A DNA stretch of 59,154 nucleotides, the filler included. It is 6 parts of 6 records of this genome, joined end to end, with 100 filler letters (N's around TTAATTAATTAA, not from the genome) between each part and the next. Parts side by side here need not be neighbours in the genome. Positions count along the whole stretch, not along the records: positions 11,076 to 26,081 come from SRR31147125_35936; 5 more parts are not named here. The stretch is one strand, 5' to 3'. The notes under the pieces were generated by a model. The model saw nothing but the letters and a program-made list of their open reading frames with translations, made no database searches and was not told where the DNA came from. Position numbers and translations under genes: made by a program. This document shows positions 11,077 to 19,859 of this stretch, piece after piece (position 1 is the stretch's first letter; every line of letters begins with the position of its first letter).

Positions 11077-12060
11077 CCCAATGGAGATCTTTTAGCGATT
11101 TGGTATACGTGTGTAACAGAGAAAGGTAGGGAATTGGGTCTTGCAGCGAGTCGATTACGATTTGGCGAACAGGAATGGGAGCCTGCCTCTCCTTTTTGGG
11201 ATGCACCTGACCGCAACGATCACGCCCCTGCACTCTGGTTTGATGGAGATAGAACAATCTCTCACTTTGTTGGACTGGCCCAAGCAGCAATATGGGGTAG
11301 TTTAGCGATCGTGATGCGTTCGTCTATGGACAATGGCGCTACCTGGTCTAATGCTCGATTAATTATGCCTGAACATCAGCGTAGACAAATGCCGGTCGAG
11401 TCCGTGTTTCGGACACGCGAAGGATACATCATTTTGCCATCAGATGCACGGCGTGGCACCGCAATCTATATCAGCAAAGATAACGGCATGACCTGGACTG
11501 ATCCTGGAGGAACAATCGCCGGTATTCATGCAGGTGTCGTTCAACTAAAAGATGATCGATTACTCGCTTTTGGGCGCGGTGGTAATATAGATGGTATGAT
11601 GCCGAAAAGTATCTCTGCTGATATGGGTAATACCTGGAAATATAGCCCTAGTCCTTTTCCTCCTATTTCAGGAGGACAACGCCTGGTACTTATACGCTTG
11701 AAGGAAGGTCCACTGTTTTTTGCATCATTCGCTGGCTCTGAGAGGGAGCCGGATAAAACGATTCTAATAACTGATTCCAGTGGTAAACAACGATCCGTAT
11801 CAGGTTTGTTCGCAGCAGTGTCCTATGACGATGGAGAGACGTGGCCTATACGGCGCTTAATTACTGATGACGGACCAGGTCAATATGTCGAAACTATAGA
11901 TGGAAGTCTTTTTCTAATGAGTTACAAAAGCGCTGAACCTAAAGGTTATCTATCAGTGTGCCAAACTCCGGATGGTGTCATACAATTGATTAGTAGCCGG
12001 CAACATTATTCTTTTAATCTAAAGTGGCTTGAAACACCAGCACCACCAGCGTCCCAATGA
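11077..12060 (+). CDS. BNR/Asp-box (sialidase-like) beta-propeller protein, 5' partial
   Basis: Asp-boxes SMDNGATW, SKDNGMTW, SADMGNTW, SYDDGETW; frame open from the contig start (PNGDLLAIWY). Confidence 0.85.
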   Translation, partial: PNGDLLAIWYTCVTEKGRELGLAASRLRFGEQEWEPASPFWDAPDRNDHAPALWFDGDRTISHFVGLAQAAIWGSLAIVMRSSMDNGATWSNARLIMPEHQRRQMPVESVFRTREGYIILPSDARRGTAIYISKDNGMTWTDPGGTIAGIHAGVVQLKDDRLLAFGRGGNIDGMMPKSISADMGNTWKYSPSPFPPISGGQRLVLIRLKEGPLFFASFAGSEREPDKTILITDSSGKQRSVSGLFAAVSYDDGETWPIRRLITDDGPGQYVETIDGSLFLMSYKSAEPKGYLSVCQTPDGVIQLISSRQHYSFNLKWLETPAPPASQ

Positions 12061-12145
12061 AATTCCGGAAATATTTGTTGAGAATTGGCTCTTTTAGAAT
12101 TAGTACATGTCATAAAAAAAGTGTTGTGGATTTTTCTTTTCAATC

Positions 12146-13465
12146 ATGAAAATTAAGGAACAAGGAGGTATAAGAGTGAGAAGAAAAATACCGGCATTGT
12201 CCAGGTTTAATTTCATTTTATCCTTGTTGTTGAGCATTGGTTATCTGATTTTTTTGTTCTCGTTTGAGGTGTGTGCTCAAGGCGATGGTTTCCTGTACAA
12301 AGCCGGACAAAAACTGTTCCCAATTGGCTGTTATGAATTGCCGAAAGATGATGCAGGTTTGGAAAAGATGGCAGAATCTGGTATCAATTTAATACGCTGC
12401 CACAGTAAAGAAGACCTGGATCGGGTTGGCGCTGTGGGAGCGATGGGATGGGTTCCACTCCTTTTACAACAGGGTGCAACTGATGAGCTACGAGAAAAAA
12501 TAATCTCTGTGAAGGATCATCCGGCCTTGGCTATATGGGAAGGACCGGACGAGATCGTGTGGAATTTCACAGCGTACAGTGGGCTTGAAAAATCTGTGGG
12601 TATTCGCAGAATTGATTGGTGGCAACAGGCTCCAAACGCAGTGAATTATTCAGAGAGTCAAGCTAAAACGATAATCTCGAACATTCGTGATGGGATTCAA
12701 TTGGTCCGAAGCCTTGATCCGGAAAATCGTCAGTTTTGGATTAACGAAGCGCGGTTTAGTGATGCAATATACGTACGAAAGTATTTGGATTATATAGATA
12801 TTACCGGCTGTGATGATTATCCAATCAGAAGTACTTCGGGACCGGAAACAGCTCGACGTGTTGGTGGTACAACACAACGCTGGAAACAAATTGCCAGGGG
12901 AAAGCCGGTGTGGATGGTTGTGCAAGCATTCTCCTGGACTGAGCTTGAAAAAGAAACCGAAAATGAAAAGCATGTTTATCCTACCTTTAAGCAGTCGCGG
13001 TTTATGGCCTATGATGTATTAGTCCATGGCGCAAAGGGTATCATGTATTGGGGATCTCAATATTTAAAGTCCAATGCTTTCAGGGAATCGATTTATGCTG
13101 TAACCAGTGAATTGAATGCTTTGCAGCCGTTTCTTGTTGCACCTGACGAGAGTCGCGTTCGGGTGGATATAATTGAAGCGGACTATGGTCAACAATTCTT
13201 CGGTGTCAAGGTTATTGCTCGACGTTTCGGTCGTGACTGGATAATTATTCTGGTCAATGAAGATGACCAGCGGCACATGGGAATTGAAATAAGGGGCCTT
13301 GATCCGCTTAACGGTCATGAACTGAAATTGCTCTATGGCGCAGAAAATGTAAAAGTAGAAAATGGAATGTTCATGACGCGAATGCCATCGCTTGCCGTTA
13401 AGGTTTTTTCAACACGCCGGAAATGGGAGAGCTCTCAGCTTAAGGGAAGAGATTTCGTGAATTAG
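12146..13465 (+). CDS. secreted putative glycoside hydrolase (TIM-barrel-like, unassigned family)
   Basis: Signal peptide; HPALAIWEGPDE, DITGCDDYP, KPVWMVVQAF, HGAKGIMYW motifs. Confidence 0.6.
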   Translation: MKIKEQGGIRVRRKIPALSRFNFILSLLLSIGYLIFLFSFEVCAQGDGFLYKAGQKLFPIGCYELPKDDAGLEKMAESGINLIRCHSKEDLDRVGAVGAMGWVPLLLQQGATDELREKIISVKDHPALAIWEGPDEIVWNFTAYSGLEKSVGIRRIDWWQQAPNAVNYSESQAKTIISNIRDGIQLVRSLDPENRQFWINEARFSDAIYVRKYLDYIDITGCDDYPIRSTSGPETARRVGGTTQRWKQIARGKPVWMVVQAFSWTELEKETENEKHVYPTFKQSRFMAYDVLVHGAKGIMYWGSQYLKSNAFRESIYAVTSELNALQPFLVAPDESRVRVDIIEADYGQQFFGVKVIARRFGRDWIIILVNEDDQRHMGIEIRGLDPLNGHELKLLYGAENVKVENGMFMTRMPSLAVKVFSTRRKWESSQLKGRDFVN

Positions 13466-13536
13466 GTAAATCTAAATCTTTTACGAATCATATTGCGGCT
13501 TTAAAATCTTATCGCAATATGAAAAAGGAGCATTAA

Positions 13537-13715
13537 ATGGCTCAACAAATCAATATAACCAGACGAAAATATTTTCAGACCTCCTCGGCAGTTGTTGCTT
13601 CAGAGAACATATCCTTTTATTTTAGCAATGGCAAAAATCATTAAATCAAAAGGTCAATAAGCCCACTATTTTATTAATTGTTGCTGACCAGATAATCCCT
13701 TTTTTGACTGGGTGA
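13537..13715 (+). pseudogene. remnant of a Tat-exported sulfatase
   Basis: AAGGAG SD, then MAQQINITRRKYF (Tat-like), a frameshift, then KPTILLIVADQIIPFLTG-stop, resembling a sulfatase N-terminal PNIL..ADQ strand. Confidence 0.6.
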
Positions 13716-13800
13716 ACTTGTTAGATGAACAAGATTCACCTATACAATCATTTTAAATCAGCCAAAGATTGGAGATCGGATTTTATTATCGGAGGATAAC

Positions 13801-16212
13801 ATGAGAAATGTTAGAATATTTTTTCTCGTTTGTTTTACATGTCTTGCGTTGTTTTCCAATGTATATGGGCAAAAAGCATTGATTGATTTTTCAGATGCTG
13901 TAATTGTAACACCGCAAAATCCTTCACCAGTACAACAGAAATCAATTCAGGTGATGGTTGAGGAAGTTGAGAAAAGAACACTCATTCATTTAAAGGTTTC
14001 TTATAATTGGCCGGAATCTGCTGTACCAGTTATCGCCATAGGGCCGATTCATTTAGCGGACCAATTTTCCGGTGCTTTTTCTACCAGGATTCCTTCTGAT
14101 GCCTCTTCACGACCTGCTGAAGGATTTCTCGTTTTTGTTGATGCTAAAACACGCACTGCTCCGACGGCAATGATTTTTGGCAACGATGATCGAGGGATTC
14201 TATTTGGAGTGGGCTATCTTTTACGACAAATGCGCATGTCAATGAATAAAATTTTCCTTCCTGAAGAGTTGAATTTGGATACAGCGCCCAAATATCCTCT
14301 TAGAGGACACCAGTTGGGATATCGTCCAAAGACAAATTCTTATGATGGCTTTACCATTGAAATGTGGGAACAGTACATTCGTGATTTGACGATTTTTGGC
14401 ACCAATGCAATCGAGCTGATACCACCGCGATCCGATGATGCAGCTGACAGTCCGCACTTTCCACTCCCTCAGATGGAAATGATGATAAAGATGTCGCAGG
14501 TTCTGGATGATTACGGCCTGGATGTTTGGATTTGGTATCCGGCACTCGATGCGGATTATTCGGATCCGGCAACGGTAGAATTTGCACTTGATGAATGGGA
14601 AAAGGTTTTTCAACAGCTACCACGCATCGATGCTGTCTTTGTTCCCGGGGGAGATCCGGGGCATACCCAACCCAAGCATTTATTAAATTTGCTAAAAAAG
14701 CAAACAGACGTTCTGCACCGTCATCATCCCCAGGCTGAAATGTGGGTATCTCCACAGAGCTTTAATCGGGAATGGTTTGATGAATTCTACCAGATACTTC
14801 AAAAGGAGCTACCGAATTGGTTAACCGGTGTTGTTTTTGGCCCACAAATCCGCGTTAGTTTACCTGAACTTAGAGAAAACATTCCGGATAAATATCCCAT
14901 TAGACGGTATCCGGACATAACTCACAGCATTCATTGCCAATATCCGGTACCAGACTGGGACGTGGCCTTTGCTTTGACGGAAAATCGAGAGGTTATAAAT
15001 CCCCGTCCAATAGGTGAGGCAGTTATCTTTAGAATCCTTGAAAAATATGCTCCCTATGGTTTTTTAACCTATTCAGAAGGTGTGAATGACGATGTTAATA
15101 AAATTATTTGGAGCGGTCTTGGCTGGAATTCTCAAAATGTTATAGATATTTTGCGAGAATATAGTCGGTATTTCATTGGCAGTGAGTATACTGAGGATTT
15201 TGCACAGGGATTACTAAGTTTGGAGAGAAATTGGCAGGGCCCACTACTGACAAATGAATTCGTGTACACGACATTAAAACAATTCCAGACAATGGAGGAA
15301 AACGCTTCACCTCAGGACCTGCTAAATTGGCGTTTTCAATTGGCACTTTACAGAGCCTATTATGATGCCTATTTGAGAAGCAGACTCGTCTTTGAAACCA
15401 AATTAGAAGAAGAAGCAATGGAGAGTCTTCGAAATGCTAAAAAAATTGGTACATTAATCGCCCTTGGGCAGGCAGAATCCATATTGGACAAGGCTGATAT
15501 TCACAAGGTTGCTAAGGACTGGCGCGCCCGAACCTTTGAATTAGCCGAAGCCCTTTATCAAAGCATTCGAATGCAGTTGAGTGTTCACAAATATAAAGCT
15601 ATTTCTGTCCGTAGAGGAGCTAATTTGGATTTAATTGATTTTCCACTCAATAACCGTGTGTGGATCAAAAATCGATTAATGGAAATACGGAAGCATTCTG
15701 GCGAAGATGAAAGACTCGAAGAAATTAAGAAAATCATCAACTGGACTAACCCTGGTCCCGGAGGATTCTACAATGATTTGGGTAATTTAACTTGTCAACC
15801 TCAATTGGTCAGAGGGCCTGGGTTTGAAAACGATCCGGCTTTCCTGCAATCATCATTGGTGGGCTTTGGTACCTCCCAAGATCGTCGAATGTCCTGGCAT
15901 CGGCATGCCGGATCCCTGAATGACGCTCCTCTGAAAATGCGCTACACCGATCTTGATCCGAATTCTCAGTACAAGGTTCGCATTGTTTATGCTGGTGACA
16001 ATTTTAGAACAAAAATTCGACTTGTAGCGGATGATAAAATGGCTATTCACCCATACATTGAAAAACCAAGACCGATTCGGCCAGTTGAATTTGATGTACC
16101 GGTAGAAGCTACAAGTGATGGTCTCTTAACGCTGACATGGTATCGTGAATTAGGATTGGGAGGAAACGGCCGGGGTTGTCAGGTGGCAGAGGTTTGGCTT
16201 ATGAAAAAGTAG
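13801..16212 (+). CDS. secreted putative glycoside hydrolase (GH20/GH67-like N-domain, unassigned catalytic domain, C-terminal CBM-like domain)
   Basis: Signal peptide; GNDDRGILFGVGYLLR, PLRGHQLGYRPKTNSYD, VFVPGGDPG, YSEGVNDDVNK. Confidence 0.6.
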   Translation: MRNVRIFFLVCFTCLALFSNVYGQKALIDFSDAVIVTPQNPSPVQQKSIQVMVEEVEKRTLIHLKVSYNWPESAVPVIAIGPIHLADQFSGAFSTRIPSDASSRPAEGFLVFVDAKTRTAPTAMIFGNDDRGILFGVGYLLRQMRMSMNKIFLPEELNLDTAPKYPLRGHQLGYRPKTNSYDGFTIEMWEQYIRDLTIFGTNAIELIPPRSDDAADSPHFPLPQMEMMIKMSQVLDDYGLDVWIWYPALDADYSDPATVEFALDEWEKVFQQLPRIDAVFVPGGDPGHTQPKHLLNLLKKQTDVLHRHHPQAEMWVSPQSFNREWFDEFYQILQKELPNWLTGVVFGPQIRVSLPELRENIPDKYPIRRYPDITHSIHCQYPVPDWDVAFALTENREVINPRPIGEAVIFRILEKYAPYGFLTYSEGVNDDVNKIIWSGLGWNSQNVIDILREYSRYFIGSEYTEDFAQGLLSLERNWQGPLLTNEFVYTTLKQFQTMEENASPQDLLNWRFQLALYRAYYDAYLRSRLVFETKLEEEAMESLRNAKKIGTLIALGQAESILDKADIHKVAKDWRARTFELAEALYQSIRMQLSVHKYKAISVRRGANLDLIDFPLNNRVWIKNRLMEIRKHSGEDERLEEIKKIINWTNPGPGGFYNDLGNLTCQPQLVRGPGFENDPAFLQSSLVGFGTSQDRRMSWHRHAGSLNDAPLKMRYTDLDPNSQYKVRIVYAGDNFRTKIRLVADDKMAIHPYIEKPRPIRPVEFDVPVEATSDGLLTLTWYRELGLGGNGRGCQVAEVWLMKK

Positions 16213-16643
16213 TTTTATACGACAAAATCCCGGATTCTACTATATCTCGTTAAAAAATAGCAGATAATCCAGACATCCAAATTGATTTTTATGAATCTAT
16301 CTTTTTATACGAATCCGGGAAGAACTGAAATGGATCATTTAAGATTCATTCCTGTTTCACTGATTTTATTAAAAGGAATCCAAGCAGAGTTAAATCGACA
16401 AGTATAAGTAGAGAGTGAAAAAAAGTGTTGTAAACAGGATCCGGAACAGGTTGCGAAAATCAGATTTGAAAAAATGTGTTCTCTAAGCTTCGGAGATGTT
16501 TAGATTCCAGCTTTCGTTAAATAATCAAGCATGCCCACTTTTTTCACGTTGAAGGGATTCTTTTCATCAATCAACTTTAATAATATGTAAAGTTTGAATA
16601 AATCGAGCCTTGGCAATTTTGCTCGATTTGAGGAGAGAACAAG

Positions 16644-17785
16644 ATGAGAACCAAGACAATGCCCATTTTTTTAAGTTTTTTTGTAATGGGATTTGGGGAT
16701 GCTATTGGCACTTTGGTCGCATTTGCGACGCGAGAATTTAACATTTCAAAAGGTATGGCCGGATTTTTACCATTTTTTGCTATTCTGGCTTATGGTATCT
16801 TTTCTGTACCTGCTGGCGTTTTAGGTGATAGAAAAACGAAAAAGTTTGTCTTGATTTTAGGCCTTTTCATTACTCTTGTTGGTGAGATCATTCCAATTAT
16901 TAATCTTTCTAAATATGCTTTTTTACTTGTGGCCGTTTTCTTGATAGGCACTGGTATGACAATGCTGCAGGTAGCTGGTAATCCATTAATGCGGGATGTT
17001 TCTCAACCGGGAAGATATGCAAGAAATCTCACCTTTGCGCAGTTTATAAAGGGACTTGGAATGACATCAGCGCCATATGTGGTTCCGCTTGTTATCTCAA
17101 TAGGTCTCACGTGGAAGGCTATTTTCCCGATTTATTCCATTGTCGTTATAATTACAATTATGAGCGTCTTTATGCTAAAAATTTCTGAAAAACAGGAGCA
17201 AAAAAAATTTCCAGCACAAATATGACAAGTAGTTTTCAGTTGCTTAAAGATCCATACATTCTCTTGATGGTGCTCGGTATTTTTGTGTATGTTGGAGCGG
17301 AAGTTGGTTTGAATTCCTGGATTGCAATTTATCTCAACGAGTCTTTTAATCTAGATATTAAAGCCTTTGCGACGCTTGGTATTGGATTTTTCCTGACAGC
17401 AATAATGATAGGACGTTTGATTGGAACTGTTGTATTGCATTATTTACCTGCGAAACGATTTTTCCTGTTTAATGCGATATTAGGATTCCTTGGAATATTG
17501 GGATTATTTGTGGGAATACAAAATGTCTCTATTATTTCCATTTTTATAGCAGGTATTGCTTTTGGTAATATCTTTCCTCTTATATTTTCGATTCTAATTG
17601 ATCGGTTTCCGGAAAAAAGCAGCGAACTTTCCGGATTAATGTGTATGGCTATTGTTGGTGGTGCCATTATGCCTCTTTTAATGGGTCTCATCGCTGATTA
17701 TAATATTATGGCCAGTTTTTTTGTACCTTTACTATCATTTGTTTTTATCATATACATTGCAATCAGATCACTTAAAATGGCTTGA
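16644..17785 (+). CDS. MFS sugar transporter (FucP/GluP-like), split by a frameshift in an A-run near 17200
   Basis: LQVAGNP, YVGAEVG, MAIVGGAIMP motifs. Changing A8 to A9 rejoins ORFs 16644-17225 and 17222-17785. Confidence 0.85.
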
Positions 17786-17942
17786 GAATTTAATCCATAA
17801 ATTTAATTAGTTTGTACTGTTGCCAAATAGGATTCAGGAGCAGGTTGTTAATTCCTTATCGTACTATAATGTAAAACGATCATACATTGAAAAATAGATT
17901 ATAAAACAAGGGGTTAAGTTATAAGGATAATCAGGAGGAGTT

Positions 17943-18908
17943 ATGGACAAGAAATATTATATTGGTATCGATATTGGAGGTACAAAGTCAGCCGTATTAT
18001 TGATAGATGAGGATGGAAAACTCTATGAAAGAGAGCAGTTCCAAACCGATGTTGGAAAAGGGGCATGGAAGAATACTCTTGATACAATGAAATCAGTTAT
18101 TGCGAAATATGTAAAGTTAAAAAATGTCAGATCAATTGGAATCAGCTGTGGTGGTCCTTTGGATAGTAAAAAAGGCTTGATATTATCTCCACCCAATTTA
18201 CCTGGCTGGGATGAGGTGCCGATTGTTAACACATTCAAAAACGAATTTAACCTCCCTGCACGTCTGGAAAATGATGCCAATGCAGGTGCCCTCGCAGAGT
18301 GGAGGTTCGGCGCTGGTAAAGGAACTAATAATTTAATTTTCTTTACCTTTGGGACAGGATTAGGAGCTGGTCTCATCTTAAATGGTAAATTATATTCCGG
18401 TACAAATGATTTGGGCGGTGAAGCAGGACATATCCGCCTGGCAGATGATGGACCAATTGGTTATCATAAACGCGGTTCCTTTGAAGGATTTTGCAGTGGT
18501 ACAGGTTTAGCTCAGATGATGGCCTTTGAGCTCCTGTGCCTTGCAGAGGAAATTGGTCGGGATGAAATGGTGAAACAATACAAAGCGCCAGGAGACGTAA
18601 CCGGAAAGGATGTTGTTATGTGGGCTAAAAATGGCGATTCGCTCGCGCTGAAAGTTGTTGAAAAAAGCGGTCAATATTTAGGGCAGGGTCTGTCTGTTAT
18701 TATTGATATTTTAAACCCGGAAATAATAGTAATCGGTAGTATGGGTGTCCGATTGGGTGAACTATTATTTGAGCCAGCCTGGAAAGTCATAGAACGTGAA
18801 GTGATACCTGCCGCGGCAGCAATATGTAAAATCGTTCCTGCTGAACTTGGTGAGAAAATTGGTGATTATGCTGCTCTTTGTGTTGCACTAGAAGCAGAAA
18901 AAACTTGA
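17943..18908 (+). CDS. ROK family sugar kinase
   Basis: IGIDIGGTK, LENDANAGALAE, GTGLGAG, GEAGH; no N-terminal HTH. Confidence 0.92.
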   Translation: MDKKYYIGIDIGGTKSAVLLIDEDGKLYEREQFQTDVGKGAWKNTLDTMKSVIAKYVKLKNVRSIGISCGGPLDSKKGLILSPPNLPGWDEVPIVNTFKNEFNLPARLENDANAGALAEWRFGAGKGTNNLIFFTFGTGLGAGLILNGKLYSGTNDLGGEAGHIRLADDGPIGYHKRGSFEGFCSGTGLAQMMAFELLCLAEEIGRDEMVKQYKAPGDVTGKDVVMWAKNGDSLALKVVEKSGQYLGQGLSVIIDILNPEIIVIGSMGVRLGELLFEPAWKVIEREVIPAAAAICKIVPAELGEKIGDYAALCVALEAEKT

Positions 18909-19239
18909 TAATCCTGCTAAATGTTTACATAAAATAATTTATTTTTGATATTGTAAATGTACCCAAAAATGACCAAATTTAAATGCAATTATAAAAATAT
19001 GCATTCGAAACTTGGATAAGGATAGCATTAATTTGCTGGCTTTTTATTTTGCATATACTTTTATCAGGTGGCAAAAAGATGGTAAATGATAGTGTGAGCA
19101 ATTATGATAATTATGGAAAAATTAAAAGTATTTTAAAAATTTTAAATTACAGTACTATCTGGTTATGCGTAAAATTGCCTCAATTAACTAACTTAACTCA
19201 AGGATGAATTTCATGTTATTTTTTAGTTTTGATTTAAAT

Positions 19240-19277
19240 TTTGTCACCAAAATGTCGGTGACAAATAGGTGACAAAT
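19240..19277. repeat. three GGTGACAAA motifs (one inverted, two direct), like integrase arm-type sites
   Basis: TTTGTCACC 19240-19248; GGTGACAAAT 19257-19266 and 19268-19277. Confidence 0.6.
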
Positions 19278-19355
19278 GGCAAAAAAACGGAAAATCTTAA
19301 AAAATAGCAATGAAATAATTATTGAAAATATTAAAGTTATAAAAACGAATGAACA

Positions 19356-19440
19356 TGACTGGGGGTCAAGAGGTCGTCCCGGCGCCATGACGGGATCGCC
19401 CGACGAACATTTATGAAAGGTCAACTCTAAAAGTTGACCT
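19356..19440 (+). repeat. degenerate tRNA-Pro 3'-half plus terminator, copy 1 (att-like)
   Basis: TGACTGGGGGTCAAGAGGTCG (anticodon arm with GGG and variable loop), hairpin GTCCCG..CGGGAT, CGCCCGAC acceptor-like end, then AGGTCAACT/AGTTGACCT hairpin. Confidence 0.7.
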
Positions 19441-19682
19441 AATGTTTTTAACAACGCCATTGGATAATTTTCCCCTTTTTTGTATTATTACTTGTGTTTC
19501 ACATATTGAACAGCTATATTCAAAAATAAACGACAAGAATAAATGTAAAAAAAGGCGCTCCAGTTAATGCTGTTGGATACTTGTATGGAAGGCTCATTCA
19601 GTCGAATTCTCCCTTTTTTAGCGCCATTGGGGAAAAATTAAAATTCCTATCTGTTAGTTATCAATTCCTATTAGTTATAAGA

Positions 19683-19775
19683 CAATTTGAAACAAGTAAA
19701 TATGCGAGTGGAATATATTGCTATAGAATTTCTATCGATAATATTCTACAAACAAAAAAGATGATTTTGCTTACG
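19683..19775 (+). pseudogene. remnant of a T9SS type A/FlgD-like C-terminal sorting domain
   Basis: FETSKYASGIYCYRISIDNILQTKKMILL resembles the SGxYFYR...TKKMILL tail, compare the tail of 22299-23942; no credible upstream gene body. Confidence 0.6.
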
Positions 19776-19859
19776 ATAAAAATAGACCAGGCAAAACTAA
19801 TATTGGGAGTATTAAATTTAGACCATATAATTTAGAATAATCAGGAGGAGTTTTTTGCT

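Noticed and set aside
16599-16629. AAATCGAGC/GCTCGATTT inverted repeat before the MFS SD
   Set aside because: Could be an operator or 5' stabilising hairpin, but there is no second copy or nearby regulator to support it.
19356-19407. Functional tRNA-Pro
   Set aside because: It lacks the 5' acceptor strand, the D-arm and the TTCRA T-loop.
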